A DNA stretch of 63,810 bases, counting the filler, from Olpidium bornovanus S191 (taxonomy: Eukaryota; Fungi; Olpidiomycota), in the NCBI GenBank assembly GCA_017911155.1. It is 32 parts of 32 records of this genome, joined end to end, with 100 filler letters (N's around TTAATTAATTAA, not from the genome) between each part and the next. Parts side by side here need not be neighbours in the genome. Positions count along the whole stretch, not along the records: positions 35,172 to 36,357 come from JAEFCI010011485.1; positions 36,458 to 39,461 come from JAEFCI010003651.1; positions 39,562 to 40,807 come from JAEFCI010012559.1; positions 40,908 to 43,196 come from JAEFCI010001941.1; positions 43,297 to 44,596 come from JAEFCI010011448.1; positions 44,697 to 46,265 come from JAEFCI010006063.1; positions 46,366 to 48,701 come from JAEFCI010003903.1; 25 more parts are not named here. One strand, written 5' to 3'. Below are positions 35,172 to 47,271 of this stretch, piece after piece. Every line of letters begins with the position of its first letter. The stretch's first letter is position 1. Position numbers and translations under genes: made by a program. The notes beneath the pieces are model-generated. The model saw nothing but the letters and a program-made list of their open reading frames with translations. It did no database searches and had not been told where the DNA came from.

Positions 35172-36100
35172 GCATGACGGGCGCAAATGTGTCATCGAAG
35201 TCGATCTCGGGGATCTGGGGGGAATCTTTCCTCGACGACTCTGACCTTTCTCTTTTTGGCGGTTCTGTCCGCGCGCAACGGGGTGCGAACAACCCCCTTG
35301 CACCCGGTGAGCTTGGATCCTGCCAGGGGTGATGGGAGCGGAGGGATTCCGGTTCTGCGTCGATTGCTAGCCGCGCTTCAGTGTTCGTCGCGAAACCGTC
35401 CGGGAGGGCGGTTGCGGCAAAGAGGGAGCTCCCCCTTGTTTGGGTGGCTGTCCCGGGATTTGGCGCTCCACTCCCAGGGACGCCGGCGAAGTTTGGTGTG
35501 AGGGAGCGGGCTGGCGGCGGCATCTCCGACGGTGTTCTCTGTGTCCTCGGACCAGCTCTACGTACAGAAATCACATATTTTATATTTATGTATACTAAAC
35601 CTAGCATCGTCGCAGTCCGCGCGGTAGGGACCATCGATCGCCGTGGCGGTTGACGTTCCAAGCGCACCGAGCGGTCGACGAATTCGCACATCCCAAGCTT
35701 TGTCCTCCGCTTTTCGGGGCGGGCCGACAGATCCGTGCAACCCGGGCTTCTTCGTCCGCTTTCCGGGCTTCCCGGGGCGGTCGACGAACCCGCGCATCCC
35801 GGGCTTCTTCGTCTGCTTCCCGGCCTTCCCGGGCTCCTATGCCCGCTTCCCGGTACGAACCCGCGCATCCCGACGTGGGCAGAAACAACTCGGCCGAAAA
35901 ATCGGCGGGTTGGGTTGGCGTCGAGCGCAGGTGTTCTCAGCTCGTTTGCCAAAAGGGGATCAGTTACAGATCTTCTTTCTCCTTCGTCTGTCTTATGACG
36001 GCTTCCCCAAAAGAAAGCCCTCAAGGTCTGGCGTGCCCACCATGTACCTCTACAATCAATCCTCTCACCAAGCATTCGACGGCAAGGCCCCCATCTCGTC
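35172..36100 (-). mobile_element. Degenerate Ty1/copia pol fragment (integrase-RT linker and RT N-terminus)
   Basis: GSKLTGCKGVVRTPLRADRTAKKRKVRVVEERFPQIPEIDFDDTFAPVM matches the copia RT start (G.K.+GCKWV+..K...DG...+.KARLVA+GF.Q..G+D+.ETFAPV). Upstream are RSVRLERQPPRR and AEPESL linker motifs. Confidence 0.85.
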
Positions 36101-37273
36101 CACCCACGGCGGTGATTGACGTCGATCATCTCCGCGTCATAGGCAGCTTCACTTCTGCCCATACTCCAAAAGTCATCGTGAGGGCAAACTCGCCCTCAAC
36201 CGTCTATGACAAAGTTCGTTATTGTCGGATGCGTAAGCATGTTCTGGACGACAATGATCAGGAAAAAAAAAGTTTAGATTGGGGTCCAGGTTCGGGGGTC
36301 TGGAACGTGTTTGTTTTGGATCTAGAGTTGTGGGATCTAGAGTTGTGGGACCGCACCNNNNNNNNNNNNNNNNNNNNNNNNNNNNNNNNNNNNNNNNNNN
36401 NTTAATTAATTAANNNNNNNNNNNNNNNNNNNNNNNNNNNNNNNNNNNNNNNNNNNNAGGGTAGATCGGTAGTTTAGGCAGTGACCATGGGCGTTAGATA
36501 GATAGAGGTGTGCGCAGTGAGGCGGGGTGCTGAAACGAGACCTGAAACAAAGGGGTTCAGGGGGGAGATAGTGCACTGTGCCCATCCGGGTTTTTCCCCT
36601 GAAATCCTCTCTATAAAATAGGGTAAATTCCCAAAATAGAGCAGCTCCTGCGAGCTCCTTTCGAACGCAGAATTCAACAGGGGGTGGAATTTCGGACGTG
36701 CCGACGCGAGAAAGGGTTTCCCGCGAGCGATAGCTGGCGCAGGAGACTGTCATACCTCGCCCGCCAAATCGGTCCGAATGTGGAAAATTTTGTTCCCGTA
36801 CTTTATCGCGCACGTTTCGCGACTGCCGCCCGGCGACGCAGCCCCTTTACCCTGTGTGTGCGACGTTCGCCGTTTTTTTGGTGGGTAAATCGGCGGAAAT
36901 TTGTTGATCCCGGGTGTGAAAACGAAAATTGGACTTCGTCCCTTTTCGGGCATCCGGTTTATTGGCCAAGGTGTGAGCAAGGGTGGTTTTCGGCTGGCAC
37001 AAAAAACGTCCGCTCCGTTTCCAACTCTGCTGAAAAGCTTGCTTTTTTTCTGCCATAAAAAAATCATAAACTTTAATCATATAAACTTAGTTTCGCTGTA
37101 CAACAGCTGGTTTAAACAGAATTGTGTAGAACTTTCTGCGGAGAGTTCAAACGTATCGGCTAAACGAATAAGGGGTATGAAACGTGCGTCTAGCTTACCC
37201 CTCCACTCAAAAAAAAAGAAAAAGAAAAAAAACCTCGCCCCTTTCTCTTTCTTTTTTTTTTCCGGCGACGTAT

Positions 37274-38738
37274 TCATGCGGTTTTCGCGTTGTCGATCTC
37301 GGCAATGATATGCCGGAGGTGACGGCACCTCTCCTCAAAGATGCCCAGGAGCCACACCGCATCGGCCCTGCTCACAGCGCGCATGGCCTTATCGAGAGCC
37401 GGGGAAGCCGCGGCGGGCAGTGAGGGCGTCCAGTGAAACAGCGCCGAAGCCGGAGACGGCGGGGAGCCCGGCAGGGAGGACACGCGCGACGACGGGGGCG
37501 ACGGCGGCGACCACGAGCTCCGGACCCCGGAGGCGCGCTCGCGATTGGCTATGCCGATGACTGACGGAGCGGCGGGGAGAGCCGAAGAGCAGGCAGCAAA
37601 TGAGAAGGTCCCCTCCTGGCGTCCCGCGGCAAACTGAGCCCGGTCCTCTGAACCGGGGGGCAGGGCCTCGCCGGCCGCCGAGGTCGCAGACGTGACCCAA
37701 GCCGCCGCCGCGTCCACCGCGTTTGATCCGTGCACAGGGGAAGAAAGGCTGAAAGGGGCTTGCGCAAGCGGACTCAACGGCCGGCAAAACCCGGCACCGC
37801 CGCTGAGCGTGCGGGTAAGCGCAATCGAAGCTCCCGGTTTCCGTCCGGTCGGAGACTGCCGGCCCCCGTGCGGGACAGCGGCGTAGTTTTGGACGCCTTC
37901 CGGCTTAAACTGGTGGAAAACCAGGCAATCTCCCGGAACCCCCGCCCGGGGCACCTTGGTCGGCCGGTGGCGCTGGTACTGCTTGAAGTACAGGCCGCAG
38001 GCGTTGCAAAGCGTCTGTTGTCGGTCGGGCGTCCGCCGCCACATGGGCGTCGTCGTCGTGCCGCAGTTCACGCAGGAATTCTTGCGCTCCGGGTTGCCGG
38101 CGAGTTTGGCCGTCTTGCCCTGCCTGCCGCCGGCGACGAAAGCCGCGTCCGTAGTCCTGGCGCGCTTGCTCGCCTCATAGGGCCCGCCGACCGAAGCGAG
38201 ATTCGGCGGCGACTGGCCAGGGCTGGGAGCGCAGACGGGGGAACGAGAGGCCGGGAGGACATCCGCGGACGCCAGCTGCCCGGAAACGGCCGGCGGCGTC
38301 GGCAACGCCATAATCAGGTAGGGAGGGACCGACGGCGGAGTCTCGCCGAAGTTGGCCGTGGCCGCCAAGCCGGAGTCGATGTCCAGGGCGTAGTCTCCGG
38401 TCGAAAAGAGGGAAAGGGAGGCGTCCGGGTCCAAGTCCGGGACCAGCATCGGGAAGCCGTCCGCGGGGCCCAGGAAACGGAACAGGTCTTGCTCGGTATC
38501 AGTATCTGGAGACGGGGGGGGAAAACCCAGGGCGACAACGAAAATGCGCACGGGAACGTGAGAAAACCGCTCCGAGGGGGGGGGGATGTCAGGCGTGCAA
38601 CCAAAAAACGAAACATCTCACACGGCCGTAAGCGCGCCCGGAAGAAAACCACCTACCGGTGGCGGGCGACGCCCGGCGCGGAGGGGCGGAAGGCCACCCG
38701 TCCAGCTCGCGGCCGTGCAGGAGCGTCGGGCACTCCAT
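37274..38738 (-). CDS. GATA-type zinc-finger transcription factor (single C-X2-C-X18-C-X2-C finger), 2 exons
   Basis: SCVNCGTTTTPMWRRTPDRQQTLCNACGLYFKQYQRHRP. Exon 1 (MECPTLL...ASPAT, ATG 38738) joins in phase 1 to DTDTEQDLF. Confidence 0.92.
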
Positions 38739-39187
38739 CGCCGGGCGAACCTGCGGAGCGCGCGCGGCGGCCGCGCTCCCGAACAGGACGCGGTCCTTCG
38801 GAAGCGGAAAAGGAGATAGGGGGCGGAAGAGACGTCTTGACGCGCTCGCACGGGGATGCGTTTTCTTCTTTTTCGGGATTCAATCAATCCACGTCGTTTC
38901 CAACGTGTTTTTTGCTTTCGAACAGGAAGAAGTAGTAGCCCATGGACCGGGTCGGGAGGCTGCGCGTTTGCCGGGCGGGGGCGGGGGGGGGGGGGGGGGG
39001 TGCCCACACTTGTGGGGCCGGTTGGCACCCTAGGGGGGTGGCCCATGTTGTCGGGGTCCCCCTGGTCCCCGCTGCCTGCTTGGGGGGGGGGGGGGGCCCC
39101 CCCGGGGGGGGGGGGGGGGGGCCTCGCCGTGCTGGGGGAGTGGGCGGCAAGTTGCGGCGTTGCTGAGCACACGCGCCACACGTTCTG

Positions 39188-39461
39188 CTACAGGCGACCT
39201 CGCGAGCTGTCCCTTGGTAGATTGAAGTCATTGGGGTTGAACGGTCGGCTTTTGTCCATGGTCACGTCGAAGCGCTTGATAATCTCGTCCGTTTTGGGAT
39301 ACCAGAGTCGGTAAGCTTTGCTGGTGGTGGAGTAGCCGACCATGATAAGCCTCTGCGCGATCAGGGCCATTTTGCCCATTATCGTAATGTCTCTGTCTTC
39401 TCTTATGATGTGTGCATAGGCAGTGCTACCTATGACACACAGGTGGTGGATGTTGATGCGC
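39188..39461 (-). mobile_element. Ty1/copia post-integrase SH3-like domain fragment
   Basis: HHLCVIGSTAYAHI...KMALIAQRLIMVGYSTTSKAYRLWYPKTDEIIKRFDVTMD matches HLRVFGC.AY.H...KL..+A....FVGY....KAYR++.P....+..SRDV.FDE. Confidence 0.9.
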
Positions 39462-39899
39462 NNNNNNNNNNNNNNNNNNNNNNNNNNNNNNNNNNNNNNN
39501 NNNNNTTAATTAATTAANNNNNNNNNNNNNNNNNNNNNNNNNNNNNNNNNNNNNNNNNNNNATAAGTCGACCGCAGACGGCGACGGCCGCGCCTAACAAT
39601 GCCCGCGCCGACCTTGCAGAATTTTGCTCTTCCCCCGAGCATTTTCCAAGCGACCGTCCGTTGATTCCCGCCAATCTTCATGCACGGGCGGCAGCGAATA
39701 TTGAGCAACGGGCTAAATCTACCACTTTTTGCGGACACCAATAAAGAGAAACCATCAGCGGATAAACAGCCGCGGCAGTCTCGAGCTTCAAAAGCTTCTG
39801 TCATGGACCGTCCATCGATTTCGCATCCACAACTCGACGCAGTCTCCAAAGCGTACAGCTTACGGCCCGACCGCTGCTGATTACCCGCCCCATCTCCCA

Positions 39900-40200
39900 G
39901 CCCCCGGAATCATTCTCGATTCGGGCGCGACCGACCATATGTTCGCACACGACGCCTTTCGACGCTCACAGTCAGGAGGAGACTTCCAAAGTCGCCGACG
40001 GCAAGGAAATTTCCGCCGTCGTAGTCGGTGACATTCATCTCCCTCCAAACTTCCTCCAGACACTTGGTTTTCGAAACGCCTTATACGTCCCGTCATTCAC
40101 CTCATCGCTTTTCTCTGCTTCGCGTGCCTGCGATCACAATGCTAAGGGGTTCTCTTCACCAAAACCCACGCTTTGATCCGAGATGCCCTACGGCCTGCTT
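39900..40200 (+). mobile_element. Degenerate Ty1/copia aspartic protease fragment, frameshifted
   Basis: IILDSGATDHM, then in a shifted frame KVADGKEISAVVVGDIHL...FRNALYVPSFTSSLFSAS. Confidence 0.88.
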
Positions 40201-40440
40201 CGTAGTGTGCGCTCCCCCCTTTTGAAAAAATGGAATCGACGGCGGCTTCCGGGACGTCCTCGCGGCGCCCCGGGCTGCAAGTAGGCTCCATGCCTCAAGC
40301 ATGATGTACCACGGTGCGAACATGATGTTCCATGATGCTGGCCGGCATCATGGAGCACGAAATTATCAGGTAACAAATGAACATGGTGTCCTGTCCATAT
40401 ATTCGGACATGATGCTCGGTGCTGCTGGCATGGCGCTCAA

Positions 40441-40807
40441 TCACGCCGATTTTCGTGCGCGTAACGAGATTTCCGCCCAAAGGCGGGGGCACGATTTGAG
40501 CCCCTCGGCGAACCCGCAGGCGCGCGCCGTGAGCTTCCCGCCGGGTCCCCCCGACGCCGCCAGCAGTGCGACGTCGAGCGCGTCATACAGCGGTCGCGAG
40601 CCCGTGTTTCCAACCGCCAGCGCGTGGACGGTCACGCGCCCCACCGCCGCAGCCTGAGAGTACGAGAGGCCGGGGTCGCGCAGCAGGTCGGTGAGGACGT
40701 CGCGGAGGAATGTGAGTGTCAAGTTCGCACCGGCTGGCCCGACGGACGATGTCCAGTCCGTGGCCAGGATCGACCCAGCGAGCTCGACTGGAATTGTCCC
40801 ATGGGAG
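40441..40807 (-). CDS. C-terminal fragment of an unidentified protein
   Basis: Open GC3-rich frame from the contig end: SHGTIPVELAGSILATDW...FLRDVLTDLLRDPGLSYSQAAAVGRVTVHALAVGN...RPLYDALDVALL. No family recognised. Confidence 0.4.
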
Positions 40808-41339
40808 NNNNNNNNNNNNNNNNNNNNNNNNNNNNNNNNNNNNNNNNNNNNTTAATTAATTAANNNNNNNNNNNNNNNNNNNNNNNNNNNNNNNNNNNNN
40901 NNNNNNNTATTAAGTGTAAAATATTCACCCTGTCACAACGCTTCTTGCCTACTCCTCTGCCTAGGCCTCTTTCTTCCTCCTCCTCCTCCTCCTTTTCCGT
41001 CTTTCTCCTCGTCCAACTGGCGAGCATGCCCACTCGGACACGTCAAATTGGATTTTTTTGTTATCTCAACGACCGTCATTTTTCCCCTCTCCCCCACCGC
41101 GCCCGCTCGCTTCCCCCCCCCCCCCCAAACACCCTTCGTGGCGTACCAGGGAACGCAGCGGCCCTTTCCCCTTCCCTCCAACGCTGACCTGACTACACGC
41201 AAAGGAAAAACAGTTTGCGTCGTCGCCCTTTTCGTTTGACCCGCCCAACTTTCTGCGCCGGGACAAAAGGGGCAAAGAAGGGGAAGCGCTCGCGGCCAGG
41301 AACGAACGACAGGCAGAAGGGATCCGCCGGCGCCCGACC

Positions 41340-42982
41340 ATGCTTTCGCACGAGACACCGCCGATGCTGGACGCGCTGGAGGCCGACGTCTTAGCACAAC
41401 TTGAAAGCATGACCACTGTCGGGAATGGTACACCAGCGGGGAGCGGATGATTCCGTTCTAAGGGCCGCAAATAAAATGAGATTGTTTTTCTTCTTTTTTT
41501 TTGCGCGAGCAAAGCAGCCATTATGTCACTAATCTCGTCAATGTGCTGGTTCCACAGGTTGCATCTGCCGGCCTTCGACAGGAGGCGGGGGCTGCGATGC
41601 CTCGTGCTCTGGGACGACGTTGGCGGAACCCACTGGTCAGACGTTTTCACTGTTGGAGCTCCCGTCGACAATTTCAGACGGCGACCTCTTCTCTGAGATT
41701 GTGGACTCCGTCAGGGAATTGAAGATATCGGAAACCCAAAGCACCGCAATCAGCAAAAGCGTTCAAGACGAGCCCCGCACGGAGGATCAACAAGTCTCCG
41801 TGCGAATTCGCCAGAAAACAACGGAGTCCCCGCGTTGGGAGGAATCGATTCCGGTCGCAGATTTCGAGGATATTGACGGCGGGAACATTAGTCGAGGCGA
41901 GCTGAAGGAAGCGTGCGCGCCCGCTGATTCTGCACCCTTGCACACAGAAGCAACCAGGACGCACTTGGAAGCAGACGTGATGCCGTCTTTCGGCAGCGCC
42001 AAACGGCTGAACAGGCCGTCGAACAGTCCTCCATTTCAACCGCTGGCGTCGCCCGGCAGCGAGCGTTTGACCAAATCGTCACCGCCGCCGCCGCCTGCAC
42101 GGCACCAGAGCCGCCTACGGTCGGCGACGCTGGCCGAAAGATCCGAACCGGCGCCAGCGGGAACGCTCCGGATGCAGAGCCCCAGAAGGCGGCTGGCGAA
42201 TACGATCATGGAGAGAAACCGCGGGAATTGTGCCTCCACTTTTCACAACGGCGCCGCCCCGCATCCTCCGGGGACGTTGTCAGATTTACGGAGAGGAGGA
42301 AGTCTCGCGGCGAAAGAAATGGCCGCCCCTAGGATGTCACCGCGAACGAAGCGGTATTTCTCGCCTCTGTCGGAGGACCCCGAGGCGGAAGAAGAAGCGG
42401 AAGCGAACGAATGCATGGCGGCATATGGGTTAGGCGTTCGACAGTTTTACGCGCCCAGAATGCGGGAATCTGCGACAAAGGCGCAAACATTCTCTGAGGC
42501 GCTTTCGGCTCGAGCTGCTGACCGGAAATCGGAGGAGCCAGTTCGAAGCGGCCGGGAGTGCGGCATTTACGATGATCTCGTTAATTTTGGCAAGTCGATT
42601 CCGATGTGCGATGAGCTCAACGGAACCCGACCTCACGGACGAGCGCGGGACGCGCAGAAATCTGTCCGTCTGCCTTCACCTTCTGACGCGCCGTCGCCAT
42701 CGTCGTCCTCTACCGGCGCCGCATTGCGGCGGAGCATGAGCCTGATGTCGTCCTTTTCGGACGCATCCGTCTCGACGGGGTCTGTCCACTCGGCCAGCAG
42801 CTCCCACTTTGCGCACGCCGTTCGCGGCGCCGCGCGGGGCGTCGGCGGCAGGATTTCCGATTGGATGCACACGAAGGTCGCCAGGAGGGCCAAAGCCGCG
42901 GCGCCGTCCGTCCCATTGACCGGGATGAATCACGTGAACTCGCTGGAGCACAAATCGGAGGGCGCAGACGCGAACAAGTACC
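41340..42982 (+). CDS. Ser/Pro-rich low-complexity protein with a possible degenerate CRIB-like motif near the exon end; 3' partial
   Basis: Exon 1 (MLSHETPPMLDALEADVLAQLESMTTVGN) splices in phase 1 to the long ORF 41620-43080. It ends ...APSVPLTGMNHVNSL...ANKY at a GTGCGT donor. Confidence 0.65.
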
Positions 42983-43405
42983 GTGCGTGGCATGTGTTGG
43001 GGGGGGGGGGGGGGGCGGGCCGGGGTGGTGGATGCCCGAATATCTTGGTTTGGCGCACTCAGCCGTTGTTCAGGGCATGAGGTCCGCATCTTAGGAGTGC
43101 TCTTTGCCCCCCTCAGGCGAGCTCATAGAAGTTTTGCAAAGGGAGGAATCTCATCTTTCCGCTTGGGCGCACAAGAAGGCGGTTGGGCCGGAGCGANNNN
43201 NNNNNNNNNNNNNNNNNNNNNNNNNNNNNNNNNNNNNNNNTTAATTAATTAANNNNNNNNNNNNNNNNNNNNNNNNNNNNNNNNNNNNNNNNNNNNAATG
43301 CGGACCGAAACGGACCGGAGTAGGGAAGGGCGGGAGTTTGTCAGCCGCGTGGATGGGCTCCGCACCCGGTTTACCTGCTCGCGTTCAAACGTTTCGGATT
43401 GCCAG

Positions 43406-44596
43406 CGGCCACCATGCGGAACACGACAAAGTGCGTCTGGTTCGTGTATCTGGTAGCTGCGGTTTTAGATTGTGACTAATATGGGCTGCTTTGACAGGCA
43501 ATGTAGGATAATTGAAATTTCCCGAAGGCTTGCCGGGGAAAGGAGAAGGTGGCGGATGAGAGGAGGTGTCTGATAAGCGTGTGTCTGTCCCGCTGGGCCC
43601 GCTGCTTGACCAACCGTCGGTGTCGCAAAACTACGATCTTAATAGGGGATTTTGCTTGTACAACAACGTTGTGAGCGGCAGTTTCTGTTTTCCCCTGTAA
43701 TTGGCTTTTTACTGCGCGCGACCTAAAGCCGCGCCGTCCCCGTTATAGGCAATATCAGTGCGACATTTGCGGGAAGTCCTTAACGTGCCAAAGGTTCTGA
43801 TCTTGGACTGGTATGTGTCGGGGTTTATAGGGACCGTGGTGTCTTGCCTCCCGGAGGGCGATAACGTCTGCAATCCGCAATTGTGCCTAGGGACGTGCAT
43901 CACGGTAGGCGACAGTAAGATTAAACTTGCGACAGGGATGGAGTGCGCAGAACTCAGAAGCTGTCTGAAGGGAACGGCATCCAACAGGTTTTCCTTCGAG
44001 ACCCGAGCGTGTTGTACATCTCTCTTCACCGTTACGACTCCGGCCACTTCTACCCCGGCACATTCGACGGGTGTCACGAGCAGGTCGGGGAGGGTCCCGG
44101 GATCGGTTTGTGAGTCCAGACGATTTGGCGGTGGCCGGGGCCGTTTTTGCATTTCGGCCGGGTGATTTACGGGAAGGGACCTGGGCCTTCTCCGAAAGTT
44201 CCGTGAATATTGCCTGGAACGGTCCCGGAATGGGCGACCCCGAGTACCTGTATGCGTTCCGGGAGGTCGTGTTACCGATTGCGTACGAGTTTTCGCCGGA
44301 TTTCGTTTTAGGTGAATTTTCGCGCAGGCTGTCACGTTGATGACGAGTGATCCTGGCCCCATTATTTACCCCGTTGCCCCCACTTCCTTTCTCCTCGCCA
44401 GTTGCAGCGGGTTTCGATGCAGCCGAAGGCGTGTAATCCGTTCTGTCCTGTTTTCTTGCCGCCCCCCTCTCCCCCCCGCTTACTCGGTATTTTTCGAAAC
44501 GCAGGCGACGCATTTGGCGGCTGCCGCGTGAGTCCGGGGGGTTACGCGACGATGGCGCATCAGCTGATGGCGCTTGCGAACGGAAAACTGGTCATG
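43406..44596 (+). CDS. HDA1: Class II histone deacetylase (Hda1/Clr3/HDAC6-type) catalytic domain fragment, 8 introns with micro-exons
   Basis: The spliced product is [25 protein letters not shown]...[37 protein letters not shown]...VGEGPG.GF-SVNIAW...[59 protein letters not shown]. Confidence 0.96.
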
Positions 44597-44739
44597 NNNN
44601 NNNNNNNNNNNNNNNNNNNNNNNNNNNNNNNNNNNNNNNNTTAATTAATTAANNNNNNNNNNNNNNNNNNNNNNNNNNNNNNNNNNNNNNNNNNNNGATA
44701 TTGGGCGCGTTAACCAATTCTCCTTTCCTTCCCGTCCAG

Positions 44740-45562
44740 TCGACGGAGACGCAAAGCTACCTTCACACGGCCCGACAATTGCTTCTGAAGTGGTCGTTCT
44801 ACAGTTCCCTCGCCATGCGCGACCTGACGCTGCGCAGCGCGCCGAGCTTCGGTACGGCGCCTGATACGCGGCACCTCGCTCAGCACATGTCACGTCTGCA
44901 CTCCACTTTTTCTTTTCTTTTCCTTTCTTTTTTTTGTAACTGAACGACATGAGCGCCGCTCACCTCCAGGGTCGTTCCATCTCGTCCGACTGCTCTACGA
45001 CGAGTACATATTTTACAACGTGGAGCAAAAGATCGCGAACAAGCTGAAAGTCGCGCTGACCAAGCACGACGGCGGCGCACAGGGCGGCGGCGCGCCAGCC
45101 TCCCCGCATTTTTCGTGCGCACCTACGCTCGGACCGTCCCAGGCGGTCGACCAGACGGTGCTCGGGAGCCTGCACCGCCAGGGTTTTTCGAGGCCCGCGG
45201 AGCCGCCGCTGCCGCCGCCCGTCCACATGGCGTACCCGGCCGCGTCCGACCACGCCCGCGACGTCGCCGGGACCTACCCCCGGTACGAGGCGGGGCCGGC
45301 GTGTTACGGGTGGGGGGGATACGACGACCCCGCCGAGTACGCGCAGCCGCCGACTGTCCGGCCCTTCTCCCGCGGCGGTTCCGCTCCGCGGTCCCCGCCG
45401 CCTCCCGCGCCCCGGTCCGCGGCGCCGGCGGAAGAAGCGGGCCCGCCCCCGCCGTCGCCGCCGCCGCCGGCGGGGCCGCGCCCCGCGGTGGAATCCGAAT
45501 CGCCCGCCGACGGGCCGGGAGAAACGCCCGCGGCGCCCGTCCAGGACGCGGCCGCCGCGTGA
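44740..45562 (+). CDS. RFX: RFX-family transcription factor, C-terminal dimerization domain; 5' partial
   Basis: [50 protein letters not shown] is nearly identical to the RFX signature [39 protein letters not shown]. Intron 44852-44969. Confidence 0.93.
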
Positions 45563-45772
45563 GCGCGGCGGCTTTTGAGCATTGTTTTTTATTAATGTTT
45601 TCGCAGGTTTTCATTACCGATAAACGAACGCGGCCCCCTCCCCCCTGCTTTCTCTTCACGGGTTTCGTCTTTTTTTTAATAAAAAATTTTACTTCTTTTT
45701 TATTTTTCTTTTTTAGATTGCGAGCCCTATACCCCTTTACTCGTAAACGCCCATTATTCTCTCTCTCTCTCT

Positions 45773-45830
<58 letters not shown>

Positions 45831-47271
45831 CCCCCACCACCATCCTCTCCTCGCCTACCCCCACCCCCCTTAATTATAAACTTTTTATTCCGCGTCCTCC
45901 AAGTTTGTGATTTACCTTTTTTTCTGCTGCGGGGATTCCGCCCTTTACAATAAGGCGCTCGACTTGCAACGAAACTTTTCCCCCTCTTTTTTTTTTTTTT
46001 TTTTTTTTTTTTCCAACCCGCGGGAAACATTCCCACTCCCCCTCACTTCCCGCCCCTTAAAAACCTGATTTTCCGAAACCCACTCTGTACTGCGCCCGGC
46101 TGTTTTTTTTTTGTTCTGCGTTTGAATTGGCCCTCCTCCGCATCTTTATTTTTTTTTGCGTTGCGTTTTTTTTTCTCTTTTTCTTTTGCCTCGTTTGGTT
46201 CACCCCGCCACCCAACCTTCCCCACCTATGCCACCACCCCCCCCCCCCCCCCCCCCCCCCCCCCCNNNNNNNNNNNNNNNNNNNNNNNNNNNNNNNNNNN
46301 NNNNNNNNNTTAATTAATTAANNNNNNNNNNNNNNNNNNNNNNNNNNNNNNNNNNNNNNNNNNNNCATGCGCAGAGGCAGAGCCGACCCAGGTCGAGAGA
46401 GAGGGAGAGAGAGGGGGAAAGGGAAAGATGGAGAGAGCGAGAAAGAGAGAGAGAGAGAGCAGAGAGACGAAAAGTGAGACAGACAGAGAGCATCGCACGC
46501 GCCGAATTCTCGAGCTGATCGGTGCGCGTTCCGCAAATGCGACCGCTCCGTTCCGCAAACCCGCCGTTCGCAACCGCCGTCCGCAACCGCCGCCCGCATA
46601 TCGCCCCGTTTCGCACTCGGGGCGTTCGTGATGCCGCCGACACACCCGCGCTCGCAACAACCCGCTTTTCGGCCTGAATAAAAAAAAAGATTGGAAAGTC
46701 TCACAGGAACCCAAAATTTGTGTTCCGAAAAATGTTCCGAACGCCCGCCCACGACCCGTCAGGCTTCGGAAATTCACACGCGACAAAACGAAACTTGTAT
46801 TATTGCGCACACCAACAAAAACATAACGTCATGTCACATATCTCTTGAGCAACGAAAAGTGGGTTGCCGCCACTATCAAACTGTGCCGGAAAACTATGCT
46901 AGAATCGGTGTATAACCGCGAACTGGAAAGGCGCGCGAGAACATGTTCTGTCCGGGCAGAAACCGCGAAGCTGAGAAGGAGCGAAAAAAACTGACCAGAA
47001 GGTTGGTTATTTTTTTTGGCCCGGTTGGAACCGCGATCTGAAATGGAATAAAAGAACATGTTCTGTCGCGGAAGAACTTTAAATTGAAGAGGAGGGTGAA
47101 AGAAAATGCTCTGCGGTTAACGCCGTATTGCTTTTGGGGCCAAGCATCCTGCTTATGGCGAGTTCTTTTGCTTTTTGTGGACGAATCTTTCGGTTCGCCT
47201 TCCTCCGGTCGTGAGCGTTTCCTGTTCCCCAGCGCGGCGGAATGAACCGCGGCTTCCTTGAGCTCCTCGTT

